From Alphaproteobacteria bacterium (GTDB lineage: Bacteria; Pseudomonadota; Alphaproteobacteria; Rickettsiales; JABSSG01), in contig JAUIIY010000006.1 in assembly GCA_030431375.1 (NCBI GenBank), positions 2,808 to 66,807 of the forward strand: a stretch of DNA of 64,000 bases. The letters are read 5' to 3'. The position numbers and the translations under genes are program-made. The notes beneath the pieces were generated by a model, which had not been told where the DNA came from, ran no database searches, and saw only the letters and a list, made by a program, of their open reading frames with translations. Of the stretch, positions 9,254-18,458 are shown piece by piece. Within the stretch, counting starts at the first letter, position 1. Each line of letters begins with the position of its first letter.

Positions 9254-10245
9254 CGGATTGCTGGGTTATAACCGATGGAAATACGGGCGCAAAATCACAA
9301 GCCTTAGGACTTGTGGAATATCTTGGCCTTGATTATGAAGAAAAAATTTTTCAATTAAAAACAGCTTTCAGATTATTCGCCCCTTATTTTGACTTTGATT
9401 ATTTAAAATATAAAACCCAAAACAGCTCAGAATTCAACTTTTCATATCCACCAAAACTTGTGATAGTATGCGGCAGCAGAGCCAGGTCTATAGGGGTATT
9501 ATTAAAAAGAAAATTTGCCGAAAAAATTTTTACGATTTATATACAAGATCCAAAATTTTCTCCAAATTATTATGATCTAATCATTTCGCCTGCTCATGAC
9601 AGTTTAAGAGGAGAGAATGTTATCAATAATTTTTTTGCATTAAACAGAATTACCCCTGAAAAATTAGAAAATGAGAAAAATAAATTTCCTGAGTTATTTA
9701 GACAATATAAAGCTCCGTATAATACTATCCTGATCGGAGGAGATACCAAAAATTATCGTATGTCCGATTATGCATACAACAAATTGATTTCTGATCTTAA
9801 AACGCTTACCAATAAAATTTCTGGATCCTTCCTTATCAGTATCTCAAGAAGAACACCTAAAATGGTTATTGCTGCATTACAAGAACTTCAGAATGAAAAT
9901 ATCTTTGTTTATGACCTGAAGAAAGAGCCAAATCCGTTTTTTGCTATGCTGGCAGCAGCAGACAGAATTTTCGTTACAAATGACTCGGTTTCAATGGTCT
10001 CTGAAGCAGTAGCAACGGGCAAACCCGTATATACAATAATGCTGCATGGCCACAATAATACAAAAGTGGCGCGCATGTTCTATAATTTAATCTCAGAAGA
10101 AAAAATAGCAATTTTTGACGAAAAAATTCCGGAAAAAGAAATAACTATCCAAAAGAATGAAACACAAGAAATTTCTGAGAAAGTAAAAGAGATTCTTATC
10201 GATCAACATTTCTTTACTTTCAAGGACTTTGAAAAAAATGCCTGA
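9250..10245 (+). CDS. ELM1/DUF1022 family protein (mitochondrial-fission ELM1-like, function unknown in bacteria)
   Basis: 331-aa ORF. The N-terminus WVITDGNTGAKSQALGLVEYLGL and the overall layout are typical of alphaproteobacterial DUF1022. ATGA overlap with the brnQ stop. Confidence 0.75.
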   Translation: MTDCWVITDGNTGAKSQALGLVEYLGLDYEEKIFQLKTAFRLFAPYFDFDYLKYKTQNSSEFNFSYPPKLVIVCGSRARSIGVLLKRKFAEKIFTIYIQDPKFSPNYYDLIISPAHDSLRGENVINNFFALNRITPEKLENEKNKFPELFRQYKAPYNTILIGGDTKNYRMSDYAYNKLISDLKTLTNKISGSFLISISRRTPKMVIAALQELQNENIFVYDLKKEPNPFFAMLAAADRIFVTNDSVSMVSEAVATGKPVYTIMLHGHNNTKVARMFYNLISEEKIAIFDEKIPEKEITIQKNETQEISEKVKEILIDQHFFTFKDFEKNA

Positions 10246-11050
10246 ATTACCCGAAGTAGAAACCATATTAAATGGTATAAAAGACACTATTCTGGGCAAT
10301 ATTATCAATAAAATCATACTGAATAGGCCTAACCTTAGAATTCCATTTCCGCAAAAACTTTCAGACATATGTAATGCAACCGTGACTAACGCATATAGGC
10401 GCAGCAAATATATGCTTTGGGAATTAGATACGGATGATACCATAATAATCCATCTTGGCATGACTGGTAAATTTGGGATATACGACCAAACTTTCACACC
10501 CCAAAAACATGATCACGTTGAATTTCATTTTGGGAATGACAAAATCTTAGTATTGAATGATACAAGAAGATTTGGTTTGGTTACGATTACTGATACATCT
10601 AGCCTAGCACATCACCCCTTGTTAGCCCAACTGGGACCAGAACCTCTTGAGAAAGAATTTAGCTATAATTATTTCTGCGATAAAATTAGGAAATCTGCTA
10701 AACCTATCAAAAATTTGATTATGGATAATCACATAATTGTTGGAGTTGGAAACATATATGCATGTGAGAGCTTGTTTAGATCTGGGATTAACCCAGCAAG
10801 AATAGCTAACTCCCTATCGGAGGAGGAGATATTTTCTCTGCATACAAATATCATAAAAGTTCTAAAAGAAGCTCTCGAGGCTGGTGGCTCTACAATTAGA
10901 GATTATCAAAATGCCCAGGGACAAAAAGGTTATTTTCAACATAATTTTTCTGTTTATAACCAAACTTCCTGTAAAATTTGTTTTAGTAAGATACTCAAGA
11001 TAAACCAAGCTGGAAGAAGTAGTTTTTTCTGCCCTAATTGTCAGAAATAG
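10238..11050 (+). CDS. mutM: Formamidopyrimidine-DNA glycosylase (Fpg/MutM)
   Basis: The obligatory N-terminus MPELPEVE sets the start at ATG 10238; the track start at 10229 is a TTG. H2TH region present. C-terminal zinc finger CKICFSKILKINQAGRSSFFCPNCQK. Confidence 0.93.
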   Translation: MPELPEVETILNGIKDTILGNIINKIILNRPNLRIPFPQKLSDICNATVTNAYRRSKYMLWELDTDDTIIIHLGMTGKFGIYDQTFTPQKHDHVEFHFGNDKILVLNDTRRFGLVTITDTSSLAHHPLLAQLGPEPLEKEFSYNYFCDKIRKSAKPIKNLIMDNHIIVGVGNIYACESLFRSGINPARIANSLSEEEIFSLHTNIIKVLKEALEAGGSTIRDYQNAQGQKGYFQHNFSVYNQTSCKICFSKILKINQAGRSSFFCPNCQK

Positions 11051-11777
11051 AACATTTCCGAGCTAGATTATGCAAAATTTCGAATGTTTCAACATTTAGA
11101 AAACCTGAGATATCCTGCGGATAAAATCTTCTTTTAAATGCCTCCACAACGCACTCAAAATCTTTTTCAAATATATCTGATATATCAACTTTGTAACCAA
11201 TTGCAGATAATAATTTTTTTGCTAAAAACACATGGTCATTTCTATCACCTAAACCACATTTTACAGTTTTATCTTTGATAATTTCGTCTGCATCATAAAA
11301 AACACCTATCCCCTCCTTGGCCATCACGTCCCAAGGAAAATCCACTCCAGGATCCTTTTTTCTAGCTGGAGCTATATCTGAATGTGCAACTATATTTGTT
11401 TGATCAATAGGATATTTTTTTACCAGAAAATGGCATAGCTCTATAAGAGATGAGATTTGTTTCGCTGCAAAACCGACATATTTTGCTTGTCCATCAGTGT
11501 CAACCAACTCGATACCAATTGAATATCGATTCAGTTTCTCTCTCCCTCTCCAGTAGCTCTCACCAGCATGCCATGCAATTTTTTCCGGAGAAACTAGCTC
11601 ATAAATATCACCATTAAGATCAATAAGGTAATGGGCACTTACCTGCATGTGCGTTTTTCCAAGCAGAATATTCATCGAGTCTTCAAAAGGAACCTCAGTA
11701 CTATGGATAACCAAACTGTTTATAACGTCCTGACGCTCGGAAAAATTGGCTGAACGAAAATCTGTGATTAATCTCAT
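11034..11777 (-). CDS. N-acetylmuramoyl-L-alanine amidase (Amidase_2/AmpD-like) with a C-terminal peptidoglycan-binding-like domain
   Basis: 247-aa ORF. VIHSTE, AHYLIDLNGDIYELV, AWHAGESYWRG and HSDIAPARKKDPG are typical of AmpD-type zinc amidases. The C-terminal helical repeat (AKKLLSAIGYKVD...VVEAFKRRF) is PG_binding_1-like. Confidence 0.85.
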   Translation of the reverse strand: MRLITDFRSANFSERQDVINSLVIHSTEVPFEDSMNILLGKTHMQVSAHYLIDLNGDIYELVSPEKIAWHAGESYWRGREKLNRYSIGIELVDTDGQAKYVGFAAKQISSLIELCHFLVKKYPIDQTNIVAHSDIAPARKKDPGVDFPWDVMAKEGIGVFYDADEIIKDKTVKCGLGDRNDHVFLAKKLLSAIGYKVDISDIFEKDFECVVEAFKRRFYPQDISGFLNVETFEILHNLARKCSISDN

Positions 11778-11780
11778 TGC

Positions 11781-12446
11781 TTAGTATCTTGAATGCTTAC
11801 TTACACCATCCAAAACAATCTCAAAATCATATATTTTTAATTTCTTATCTTCAGTCAGATAGTAATTTTTTGCATATATGTCGTTTTTTCCTTTGGGAGA
11901 TTGGTTCTTCTCTAATAAATATATTTTATTTTCAACATCCGGAAATTTATCGTGATTCAATTTGAAGTTTACATAGCTTGGAGCTTTATTTTTAGCAAAT
12001 TGCGATGGCTTTATAGTAATAATAAATAGCTCTCCATTGTTGCTACTGGTAGCCCTACCGGTGCCTTCAAATTTACTATATTGTTTGTTATCCATTTCAT
12101 AAATCTCGTCTGGAATTGCAAATTCTGGAATATATCTCTTATTTCCATATGCGTCAGCTTGCCAAACTTTAAACCTGGCATTCGAGATAGGAACGCAGTT
12201 TTTATCCCTGATGATCCCCCTTAATATGATTTTTTCGAAAACCGGGTTACCGAATGTCCCTTCTGATTTTGTAATATCGTTATCGGCCGCTATATGCTCG
12301 GGTACCGGATCTACTTTTGCAGATTTAGTAGCAACACATTTTCGATATGTTTTTAAATTTTCCTGCTTGGCCGAAGCATATACAAAGTTACTATATAAAA
12401 ATGTTATTATGATAACGGAAGACAGTTTCTTAAGAACGCTCATCAC
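11781..12446 (-). CDS. Secreted intradiol-dioxygenase-fold protein, probably non-catalytic
   Basis: 221-aa ORF. Signal peptide (LSSVIIITFLYSNFVYASA). The core LRGIIRDKNCVPISNARFKVWQADAYGNKRY ... GELFIITIKP ... APSYVNFKL follows the PcaH-like pattern, but the HxH iron-ligand positions read Y-V-N. Confidence 0.65.
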   Translation of the reverse strand: MMSVLKKLSSVIIITFLYSNFVYASAKQENLKTYRKCVATKSAKVDPVPEHIAADNDITKSEGTFGNPVFEKIILRGIIRDKNCVPISNARFKVWQADAYGNKRYIPEFAIPDEIYEMDNKQYSKFEGTGRATSSNNGELFIITIKPSQFAKNKAPSYVNFKLNHDKFPDVENKIYLLEKNQSPKGKNDIYAKNYYLTEDKKLKIYDFEIVLDGVSKHSRY

Positions 12447-12472
12447 TTTCTCTTATTTTTTAGGTTAGTCTA

Positions 12473-13363
12473 TTATGATTTTTTTAATCCATCAATATAA
12501 TCTAGTTTTGTACCTCTAAAATTTGCATTCTTAAAATTTGCACCAGTCAAATCTGCACCACGAATATCTGCAAACATAACTTCTGCATCCTCCAAATTGC
12601 TTAATCTCATGTCTGCATCAATGATCACAGAATTCTTTAAATTTGTTCCAGACAAGTCACTATTGTTAAAAACTGTATTATATGCATATATATTTTGCAG
12701 ATTACAAGATTTCAAATTCGCATTTGTGAGATTGGCTCCAGAAAGATTAGCACCTTCTAAATTTGCCCCCTCCAAATTTGCATCGGTTAAGTCAGAGGCA
12801 GATAAATTAATATTCCTAAGATTAGCTCCTCTTAAATTAATACCACGCAGATCTGATTCTGCAATAGAGGCGCCACTTAGATCAACTAACTCCAAATTAG
12901 CATCTTTTATTATTGCCCTGTTAATCACTGACCTAATACCGTTTGCACCTTTTGCACAAGCCCCTGATAAATCCACACCTGTAAAATCCGCTTTTTCAAA
13001 GACCGACATTTCCATATTAACTTTACTTAAATTAGCCCCCCTCATATTCACATATTTTAAATATGCTCCTTGCAAATCTATATTAGAGAAGTTCATGCCA
13101 TATTTTCTTGTAATGTCTATGGGCTTTCCTTCAGCTTTTAGCATAAGCACATAGCTCTCTATTTCCTCTTTACTGAACTTAGACCGACTATCATCTTGAA
13201 ATATCCGCTTAATATCCCTACCAAAAGTGTTTTTATCGTCTCGAATAGTATTAGTTACAAAAAAATTATAAAAATAAATCGATATTGTAACTGCCGAAAG
13301 GATTATTAAGTTCCATCCTATCACTAAATTTATTCTATTTGCTTTTCTAGACATCATTCTCAT
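12473..13363 (-). CDS. Membrane-anchored pentapeptide-repeat protein
   Basis: 296-aa ORF. N-terminal TM helix (INLVIGWNLIILSAVTISIYFYNFF) followed by about 200 aa of canonical pentapeptide repeats (ANLEGANLEGANLSGANLTNANLKSCNLQN...). Confidence 0.88.
   Translation of the reverse strand: MRMMSRKANRINLVIGWNLIILSAVTISIYFYNFFVTNTIRDDKNTFGRDIKRIFQDDSRSKFSKEEIESYVLMLKAEGKPIDITRKYGMNFSNIDLQGAYLKYVNMRGANLSKVNMEMSVFEKADFTGVDLSGACAKGANGIRSVINRAIIKDANLELVDLSGASIAESDLRGINLRGANLRNINLSASDLTDANLEGANLEGANLSGANLTNANLKSCNLQNIYAYNTVFNNSDLSGTNLKNSVIIDADMRLSNLEDAEVMFADIRGADLTGANFKNANFRGTKLDYIDGLKKS
12494..13096 (-). repeat. Coding pentapeptide-repeat array (15-nt periodic DNA)
   Basis: Direct reading shows near-tandem aaatttgc/agattagc units on the plus strand that translate on the minus strand to A(N/D)LxG repeats. 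Boundaries are approximate. Confidence 0.75.
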
Positions 13364-13513
13364 TTAATAAAAAAAACATTTTAATACGCATAAGTTAATT
13401 GTTAGTTAACAGACCCTTTGCAAGAATATTTAAAGTCTCTATCTAGATATTGAATGTTACTTTCTCTCAATATATTATTTTTTTAGCAATTTACCCTCGA
13501 GATAATTTTAAGT

Positions 13514-14587
13514 ATGAATTCTTCAAGTTTTAAAAGTTTAGTAAAGTTCGGAATAGTAATTTTTATTTTATATGCAGCAATCCAATATAATGGTGCTAGG
13601 ATATCTAACTTCTTTTCTGAAGTAAAAGATTTTGGCAAATCATTCACTGCGCAAGAAGATAAAAGCGAAACAGCCCTGCCAAAGACAATTAAAACTGAGC
13701 AAAATAAAGCGGCACCCGAAAAATCAAACAGTAAAAAATTTGAGTATATTCCCGTTGATGAAAAAGAGGGGCTTTTTTCTCATACACTAAATAAGGTTTT
13801 TAGTAGCGCCATGAACAATCCAAAATTTTCATATATAGTTGAAAAAGCAATTGAGGATTCAATTAAGACACAAGCAAGAATTGTAGAAAATGACCCTGCA
13901 TTTGGCAGAATCATGACACAAGATATACAACCAGGCAGTGGACCGATTGCAAATTGTGGCGACACAGTAAAAATAGCTTATAACATATACTCCGTAAAAG
14001 ACTACGACTCTAACCCAAACATAGACTCTTCCCAAAAAGTAGAAAAAACAATCCATATTGGTAAGAATACTCTGCATCAAGGTCTAGAAAATACAATTAT
14101 TGGCATGTCCAAATCAGGGATGAGAAAAGGGGTGTTTTTTACTGATTTACAAGAAAATACAGTCAGCAAGTTAAATACAGCTAATAAGGCTGAGATACTT
14201 GTTGCCAATATCGAACTAAAAGAAATAATAAAAAAAGATAAAAAATCTAATCTAATAATTCACGCCACAAGAAATGCCAAGCCGGGAGAGCCACTTCCAT
14301 TATGCGGTCATAAAATTAGCTTCGTCTATAGTATCACAGATGTAAATGGCAATAAAATATCCGAAAAAGAGAATAATATTATAACCCTACAGACAGGGGT
14401 GAACCTACCGCCCGAGATAAACCAAGCCTTAATGCAAACTCCTCCTAAAAATATATCATTGACGATCATAGGCAAACCTAAAGATATTTTGGAGAATCTA
14501 CCAAAGAGCAATCTTTATATCCCTGACAATATTATTGAAAAGAATCAGATAGTGGTTTTGAACTTAACAAGACCAAATGTTAGGTAG
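13514..14587 (+). CDS. Membrane-anchored protein with two degenerate FKBP-type PPIase-like domains
   Basis: 357-aa ORF with an N-terminal TM helix (LVKFGIVIFILYAAIQ). Domain 1 (IQPGSGPIANCGDTVKIAYNIYS...IHIGKNTLHQGLENTIIGMSKSGMRKGVFF...ILVANIELKEI) is alignable by eye to FKBP12. Domain 2 (KPGEPLPLCGHKISFVYSITDVNG...) is weaker. Confidence 0.6.
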   Translation: MNSSSFKSLVKFGIVIFILYAAIQYNGARISNFFSEVKDFGKSFTAQEDKSETALPKTIKTEQNKAAPEKSNSKKFEYIPVDEKEGLFSHTLNKVFSSAMNNPKFSYIVEKAIEDSIKTQARIVENDPAFGRIMTQDIQPGSGPIANCGDTVKIAYNIYSVKDYDSNPNIDSSQKVEKTIHIGKNTLHQGLENTIIGMSKSGMRKGVFFTDLQENTVSKLNTANKAEILVANIELKEIIKKDKKSNLIIHATRNAKPGEPLPLCGHKISFVYSITDVNGNKISEKENNIITLQTGVNLPPEINQALMQTPPKNISLTIIGKPKDILENLPKSNLYIPDNIIEKNQIVVLNLTRPNVR

Positions 14588-15353
14588 CTCGAGTAAACAA
14601 AGAAAAGAAATTCTTAGTCGTTGTTTCTGCCAATTCCTCAACAGAAACATTTCTTAAATTAGCCAAATATTCTAATGTGTATTTTGTAAATGCTGGTTCA
14701 TTGGTTTTTCCGCGCATTGGCACGGGAGCTAGAAAAGGGGCATCTGTCTCTACCAATATTCGGTCCAAGGGTATATATTTTGCAATATTCTGTATTTCAG
14801 TAGCATTTTTGAATGTTACAATCCCTGATATAGAAATATACATACCCATTTCTAGAACAGCATCAGCTAATTTTCTGCTAGAAGTAAAGCAATGAATTAG
14901 AGCCGGAAAAGTGCCCTTCTTCATTTCAGATTGTAAAATCTTAATTGTATCATCATCGGCATCTCTAGTATGAATAATTATTGGCATTTGTAACTCTCTT
15001 GAGACCTCAATATGTTTCTCAAAAGATTTTCTTTGTTCTGCAACAGGTGAGTTATTGTAATAATAATCCAAACCTGTTTCACCAATGCCTATTACCTTTT
15101 CACGCTTTGCATAATTCAATAAAGTTTCAACCTCATATTTCTCAGAACTAGCTTCATGAGGATGAACGCCTACCGAACAAAAGACATTTTTATATTTACT
15201 AGCTATTTCAAAAATATCTTCAAACTCAGATAATTTCGTGCAAATTGTCTGCATTACTTTAACATGATGCAAATCAGCCCTAGCTATAATTTCTTCTATT
15301 TTCCCCTCAAATTGGGGGAAGTTCAAGTGACAGTGAGAATCAACGATAAACAT
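14580..15353 (-). CDS. tatD: TatD-family metal-dependent hydrolase/DNase
   Basis: 257-aa ORF. N-terminal DSHCHL, GVHPHEA, GETGLDYYY, HTRDA, ETDAPFLAP. One-nt overlap with the metG stop. Confidence 0.9.
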   Translation of the reverse strand: MFIVDSHCHLNFPQFEGKIEEIIARADLHHVKVMQTICTKLSEFEDIFEIASKYKNVFCSVGVHPHEASSEKYEVETLLNYAKREKVIGIGETGLDYYYNNSPVAEQRKSFEKHIEVSRELQMPIIIHTRDADDDTIKILQSEMKKGTFPALIHCFTSSRKLADAVLEMGMYISISGIVTFKNATEIQNIAKYIPLDRILVETDAPFLAPVPMRGKTNEPAFTKYTLEYLANLRNVSVEELAETTTKNFFSLFTRAT

Positions 15354-16882
15354 TACAGTACCTTGTTAAAAATAATATCAGGTTTCACAATGTTTGAGGA
15401 TGGCACTAAAGCATTATCTTTATTCATTTTATCGAAAGAAATATCATCTTTTCCTAGACCAAGACAGCCAATTATTTTTTCAGAAGATCCAGGTATATAT
15501 GGCCACAAAATAATAGCCAGATATCTTATTGTTTCACATAGTACATATAAAACTTTTTTCATCTCGTTGATATCTGTCTTTTTAAGGGACCACGGAGCTT
15601 TATGATCAATATATTCGTTTGCCCTCTCGGCTATGCCAACTATAACATCCAAAGCGCGATTATACTCGTTCTCATTCATCTTTTTTTGATAATCACCGAA
15701 CACTTCTTCTAGTGAACTGAGCAAACTATCATTTGCATATAATGCAATAATCTCGGAATCTGGAATATCCGGAATCGAATCGTTACAATTTTTAGAAACC
15801 ATTGCTAATGTTCGCTGCACTAAATTACCAATCTTATTAGCAAGCTCTCCATTTACCCTAGCCTTTATGGTATTTCTGGCAAAATTTCCATCCTGACCAA
15901 ACGATATCTCACGCATTAGATAATATCTAATCTCATCTAGTCCATATTCCTCTACTAAATCAACCGGATTAACTACATTCCCGAGCGATTTAGACATTTT
16001 CTGCCCTTCAATAAGCCACCAGCCATGGCTTACAATTTTCTTTGGAAGAGGCAACTCAGCCGCCATTAAAAAGGCCGGCCAAAAAATAGCATGAAATCTT
16101 GTTATATCTTTTCCAACCATGTGTATATTAGCTGGCCAAAATTTCTGGTAATCTTTGGCATTCTCGTCTGGGTATCCTAAAGCAGTAATATAGTTTGTTA
16201 GGGCATCCAACCAAACATACATCACGTGCCTCTCATCACCCGGAACCTCAATTCCCCAGTCAAAACTAGTACGAGAAATAGATAAATCTTCTAGACCTTG
16301 CTCAACAAAATTAATTACCTCATTAAATCGCGATCTGGGGCAAACAAAATCTGGATTTTGGTGATAAAATTCTAATAATTTATCTTGGAAAGCTGATAAT
16401 TTAAAAAAGTAACTTTCCTCCGAAAGCCATTTAACTTCAGCTCCTGTCGGTGCCTTTCCATCTACCAGTTCTTTTTCCGAATAAAATGCCTCGTCCTTGA
16501 CGGCATACCAACCTGAATATTCACCCTTATAAATATAGCCTTTATCCAAAAGTAGTTGCCAGAATTTTTTAGCACCTTTTTTGTGTCTTTCTTCAGTAGT
16601 TCTTATGAAATCATCATTACTGAAATTCATAACTTCACATAAATAGCGAAATTTTGACGATATATTATCAACAAACTCTTGGGTGTTTACACCTTTCTTT
16701 TGCGCCGTATCTTGCACTTTCTGACCATGCTCATCAGTACCTGTCAAAAACTTGACATCATATCCACTCATCCTTTTATAGCGAGCAACTACATCACATA
16801 TTAATGTTGTATACGCACTCCCTATATGGGGTATATCATTTACATAGTAAATAGGAGTGGTTATATAAAAATTCTTTGACAT
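15353..16882 (-). CDS. metG: Methionyl-tRNA synthetase (short form)
   Basis: [22 protein letters not shown] (HIGH) and KMSKSLGN. I chose the ATG at 16882 because the track start at 16918 is a TTG extension. Overlaps the holB 3' end. Confidence 0.93.
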   Translation of the reverse strand: MSKNFYITTPIYYVNDIPHIGSAYTTLICDVVARYKRMSGYDVKFLTGTDEHGQKVQDTAQKKGVNTQEFVDNISSKFRYLCEVMNFSNDDFIRTTEERHKKGAKKFWQLLLDKGYIYKGEYSGWYAVKDEAFYSEKELVDGKAPTGAEVKWLSEESYFFKLSAFQDKLLEFYHQNPDFVCPRSRFNEVINFVEQGLEDLSISRTSFDWGIEVPGDERHVMYVWLDALTNYITALGYPDENAKDYQKFWPANIHMVGKDITRFHAIFWPAFLMAAELPLPKKIVSHGWWLIEGQKMSKSLGNVVNPVDLVEEYGLDEIRYYLMREISFGQDGNFARNTIKARVNGELANKIGNLVQRTLAMVSKNCNDSIPDIPDSEIIALYANDSLLSSLEEVFGDYQKKMNENEYNRALDVIVGIAERANEYIDHKAPWSLKKTDINEMKKVLYVLCETIRYLAIILWPYIPGSSEKIIGCLGLGKDDISFDKMNKDNALVPSSNIVKPDIIFNKVL

Positions 16883-17781
16883 AGTCTGTGCACCTTCAGG
16901 CAATATACTTGAAAACAATCAAATTTATTGAGAAATAAATTGGATATTTTATATTCCATATCTTCAATTTCTTCAATTAATTTAGCCACATATTCCATTT
17001 CTTTTAATTTTTTCCCTCTAATGGCCTGTTTCTCAGCTAAGATCAGATCTGTGTATGGGTTAATTAGAATATACAGAAACCTTTTAAGAAGTAGAAATTT
17101 CACTCTCCAATTGTCTTGGTTATTATCAACGAGGCTAGTGAATGCTATATAATCAAAATGCTTGACCATAAATTGATTTAATAAAAAATCATATAGCTCC
17201 AATAAGTTAAACTCGATGAGGTATATTGCATTCTGAATATTACCTGCAGACAAGATAATAGCATTATTAACTACTTCAATATCCGCACCTATATTCTCTG
17301 TCACGATTTTGGCTATTTGATCTCTATTTGGCTCTTTAACTCTGAGATTGATGCAACGAGATTTGATCGTAGGTAAAATATTACTTGGGTGGTGATTAAT
17401 TAGAATGAAGAACAAATTTTTACCGGGCTCCTCCAAAGGCTTCAAGAGAGAATTCGCCGCAGCTAAATTGAGATCATCGGCCGCATCAATTACAACAAAA
17501 CGCGCTTTTCCATCAAAATTTGTTTGATTTAAGAAATCTTGTATTTCACGAATTTGCTCAACTGAAATTTGCTTGGATTTATTCTCGCTTGCATCTATCC
17601 ATTTCAGATTATATATGAGACTGGCCTTTTCTTGCTCAATAAATTTATTCACAGCTTCCCGCGCAAGGATTGACTTTCCAATACCCTTCTTACCCGAAAG
17701 TAAAACAGCATGATGTTTTTTCTCGCCTGCAAATAATTTTATTATATTATCTATCTGTGTATGATCACCAATATATTTCAT
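16861..17781 (-). CDS. holB: DNA polymerase III delta-prime subunit
   Basis: 306-aa [25 protein letters not shown] (degenerate P-loop), [19 protein letters not shown]. The conserved holB-metG-tatD order is present. Confidence 0.85.
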   Translation of the reverse strand: MKYIGDHTQIDNIIKLFAGEKKHHAVLLSGKKGIGKSILAREAVNKFIEQEKASLIYNLKWIDASENKSKQISVEQIREIQDFLNQTNFDGKARFVVIDAADDLNLAAANSLLKPLEEPGKNLFFILINHHPSNILPTIKSRCINLRVKEPNRDQIAKIVTENIGADIEVVNNAIILSAGNIQNAIYLIEFNLLELYDFLLNQFMVKHFDYIAFTSLVDNNQDNWRVKFLLLKRFLYILINPYTDLILAEKQAIRGKKLKEMEYVAKLIEEIEDMEYKISNLFLNKFDCFQVYCLKVHRLCQRIFI

Positions 17782-17819
17782 TAAAAAAGAAAAATAAATT
17801 TTTTAAATACTATCATAAA

Positions 17820-18458
17820 ATGAAAACAGAGAAAGAGATTAATCAAATTTTTGAAATATTAGCTGCAGATAATCCACTGCCAAAAACCGAGTTAGAATTT
17901 GTAAATCACTATACTCTGGCCGTTGCAGTAATATTATCAGCTCAAGCTACCGATATTGGAGTAAACAAAGCAACTAAAGCATTATTCCAGATAGTAAAAA
18001 CTCCAGGTGATATGCTTCAACTAGGTGAGGAAAAATTAAAAGGTTACGTTAAATCAATTGGCTTATTTAACAGCAAAGCCAAAAATATTATTTTGATGAG
18101 TAAAATGTTGGTCGAAAAATACAACTCTGAAATACCAAGAAAATTTGAAGATCTTGTATCTCTGCCCGGCATTGGGAGAAAAACAGCTAATGTGATTCTG
18201 AATTGTGCCTTTGGTGAGCCAACTATTGCTGTCGACACACATGTATTCAGAACAGCAAATCGCATTGGACTAAGCGGAGGTAAAACGCCAGATAAGGTAG
18301 AAAAAGATCTGCTAAAAAAAATCCCAGATAAATGGAAGGAACATGCTCATCACTGGTTAATCCTTCTAGGGAGATATATTTGCAAAGCTAGAAAACCTGA
18401 ATGCAACAAATGTCCTATCTCAGGCTTTTGCAACTATTACAAAAAATCTAACTCCTAG
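17820..18458 (+). CDS. nth: Endonuclease III
   Basis: HhH-GPD ([24 protein letters not shown]) and the 4Fe-4S cluster loop [17 protein letters not shown]. Start set at ATG 17820 ([11 protein letters not shown]) because the longer track ORF would overlap holB. Confidence 0.92.
   Translation: MKTEKEINQIFEILAADNPLPKTELEFVNHYTLAVAVILSAQATDIGVNKATKALFQIVKTPGDMLQLGEEKLKGYVKSIGLFNSKAKNIILMSKMLVEKYNSEIPRKFEDLVSLPGIGRKTANVILNCAFGEPTIAVDTHVFRTANRIGLSGGKTPDKVEKDLLKKIPDKWKEHAHHWLILLGRYICKARKPECNKCPISGFCNYYKKSNS

Noticed and set aside
10093-10497. 134-aa minus-strand ORF across the ELM1/mutM junction
   Set aside because: It is antisense to two well-supported genes, and its translation is hydrophobic low-complexity with no start context.
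12690-12860. Short tandem DNA periodicity that could suggest a CRISPR or minisatellite
   Set aside because: The period is 15 nt with imperfect units and no unique spacers. It lies entirely within, and in frame with, the pentapeptide-repeat CDS. No CRISPR-like array exists anywhere in the window.
12597-13154. 185-aa plus-strand ORF with its own 5-residue periodicity (RLAPERLAPSKFAPSKFAS...)
   Set aside because: It is the antisense shadow of the pentapeptide-repeat gene on the minus strand. The periodicity is a mirror of the A(N/D)LxG codons. It has no start context, and the minus-strand product has a TM anchor and canonical repeats.
17670-17819. Longer 262-aa version of nth starting at 17670
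   Set aside because: The first 50 aa have no similarity to endonuclease III N-termini and would overlap the divergent holB coding region by over 100 nt. The ATG at 17820 gives a normal-length Nth.
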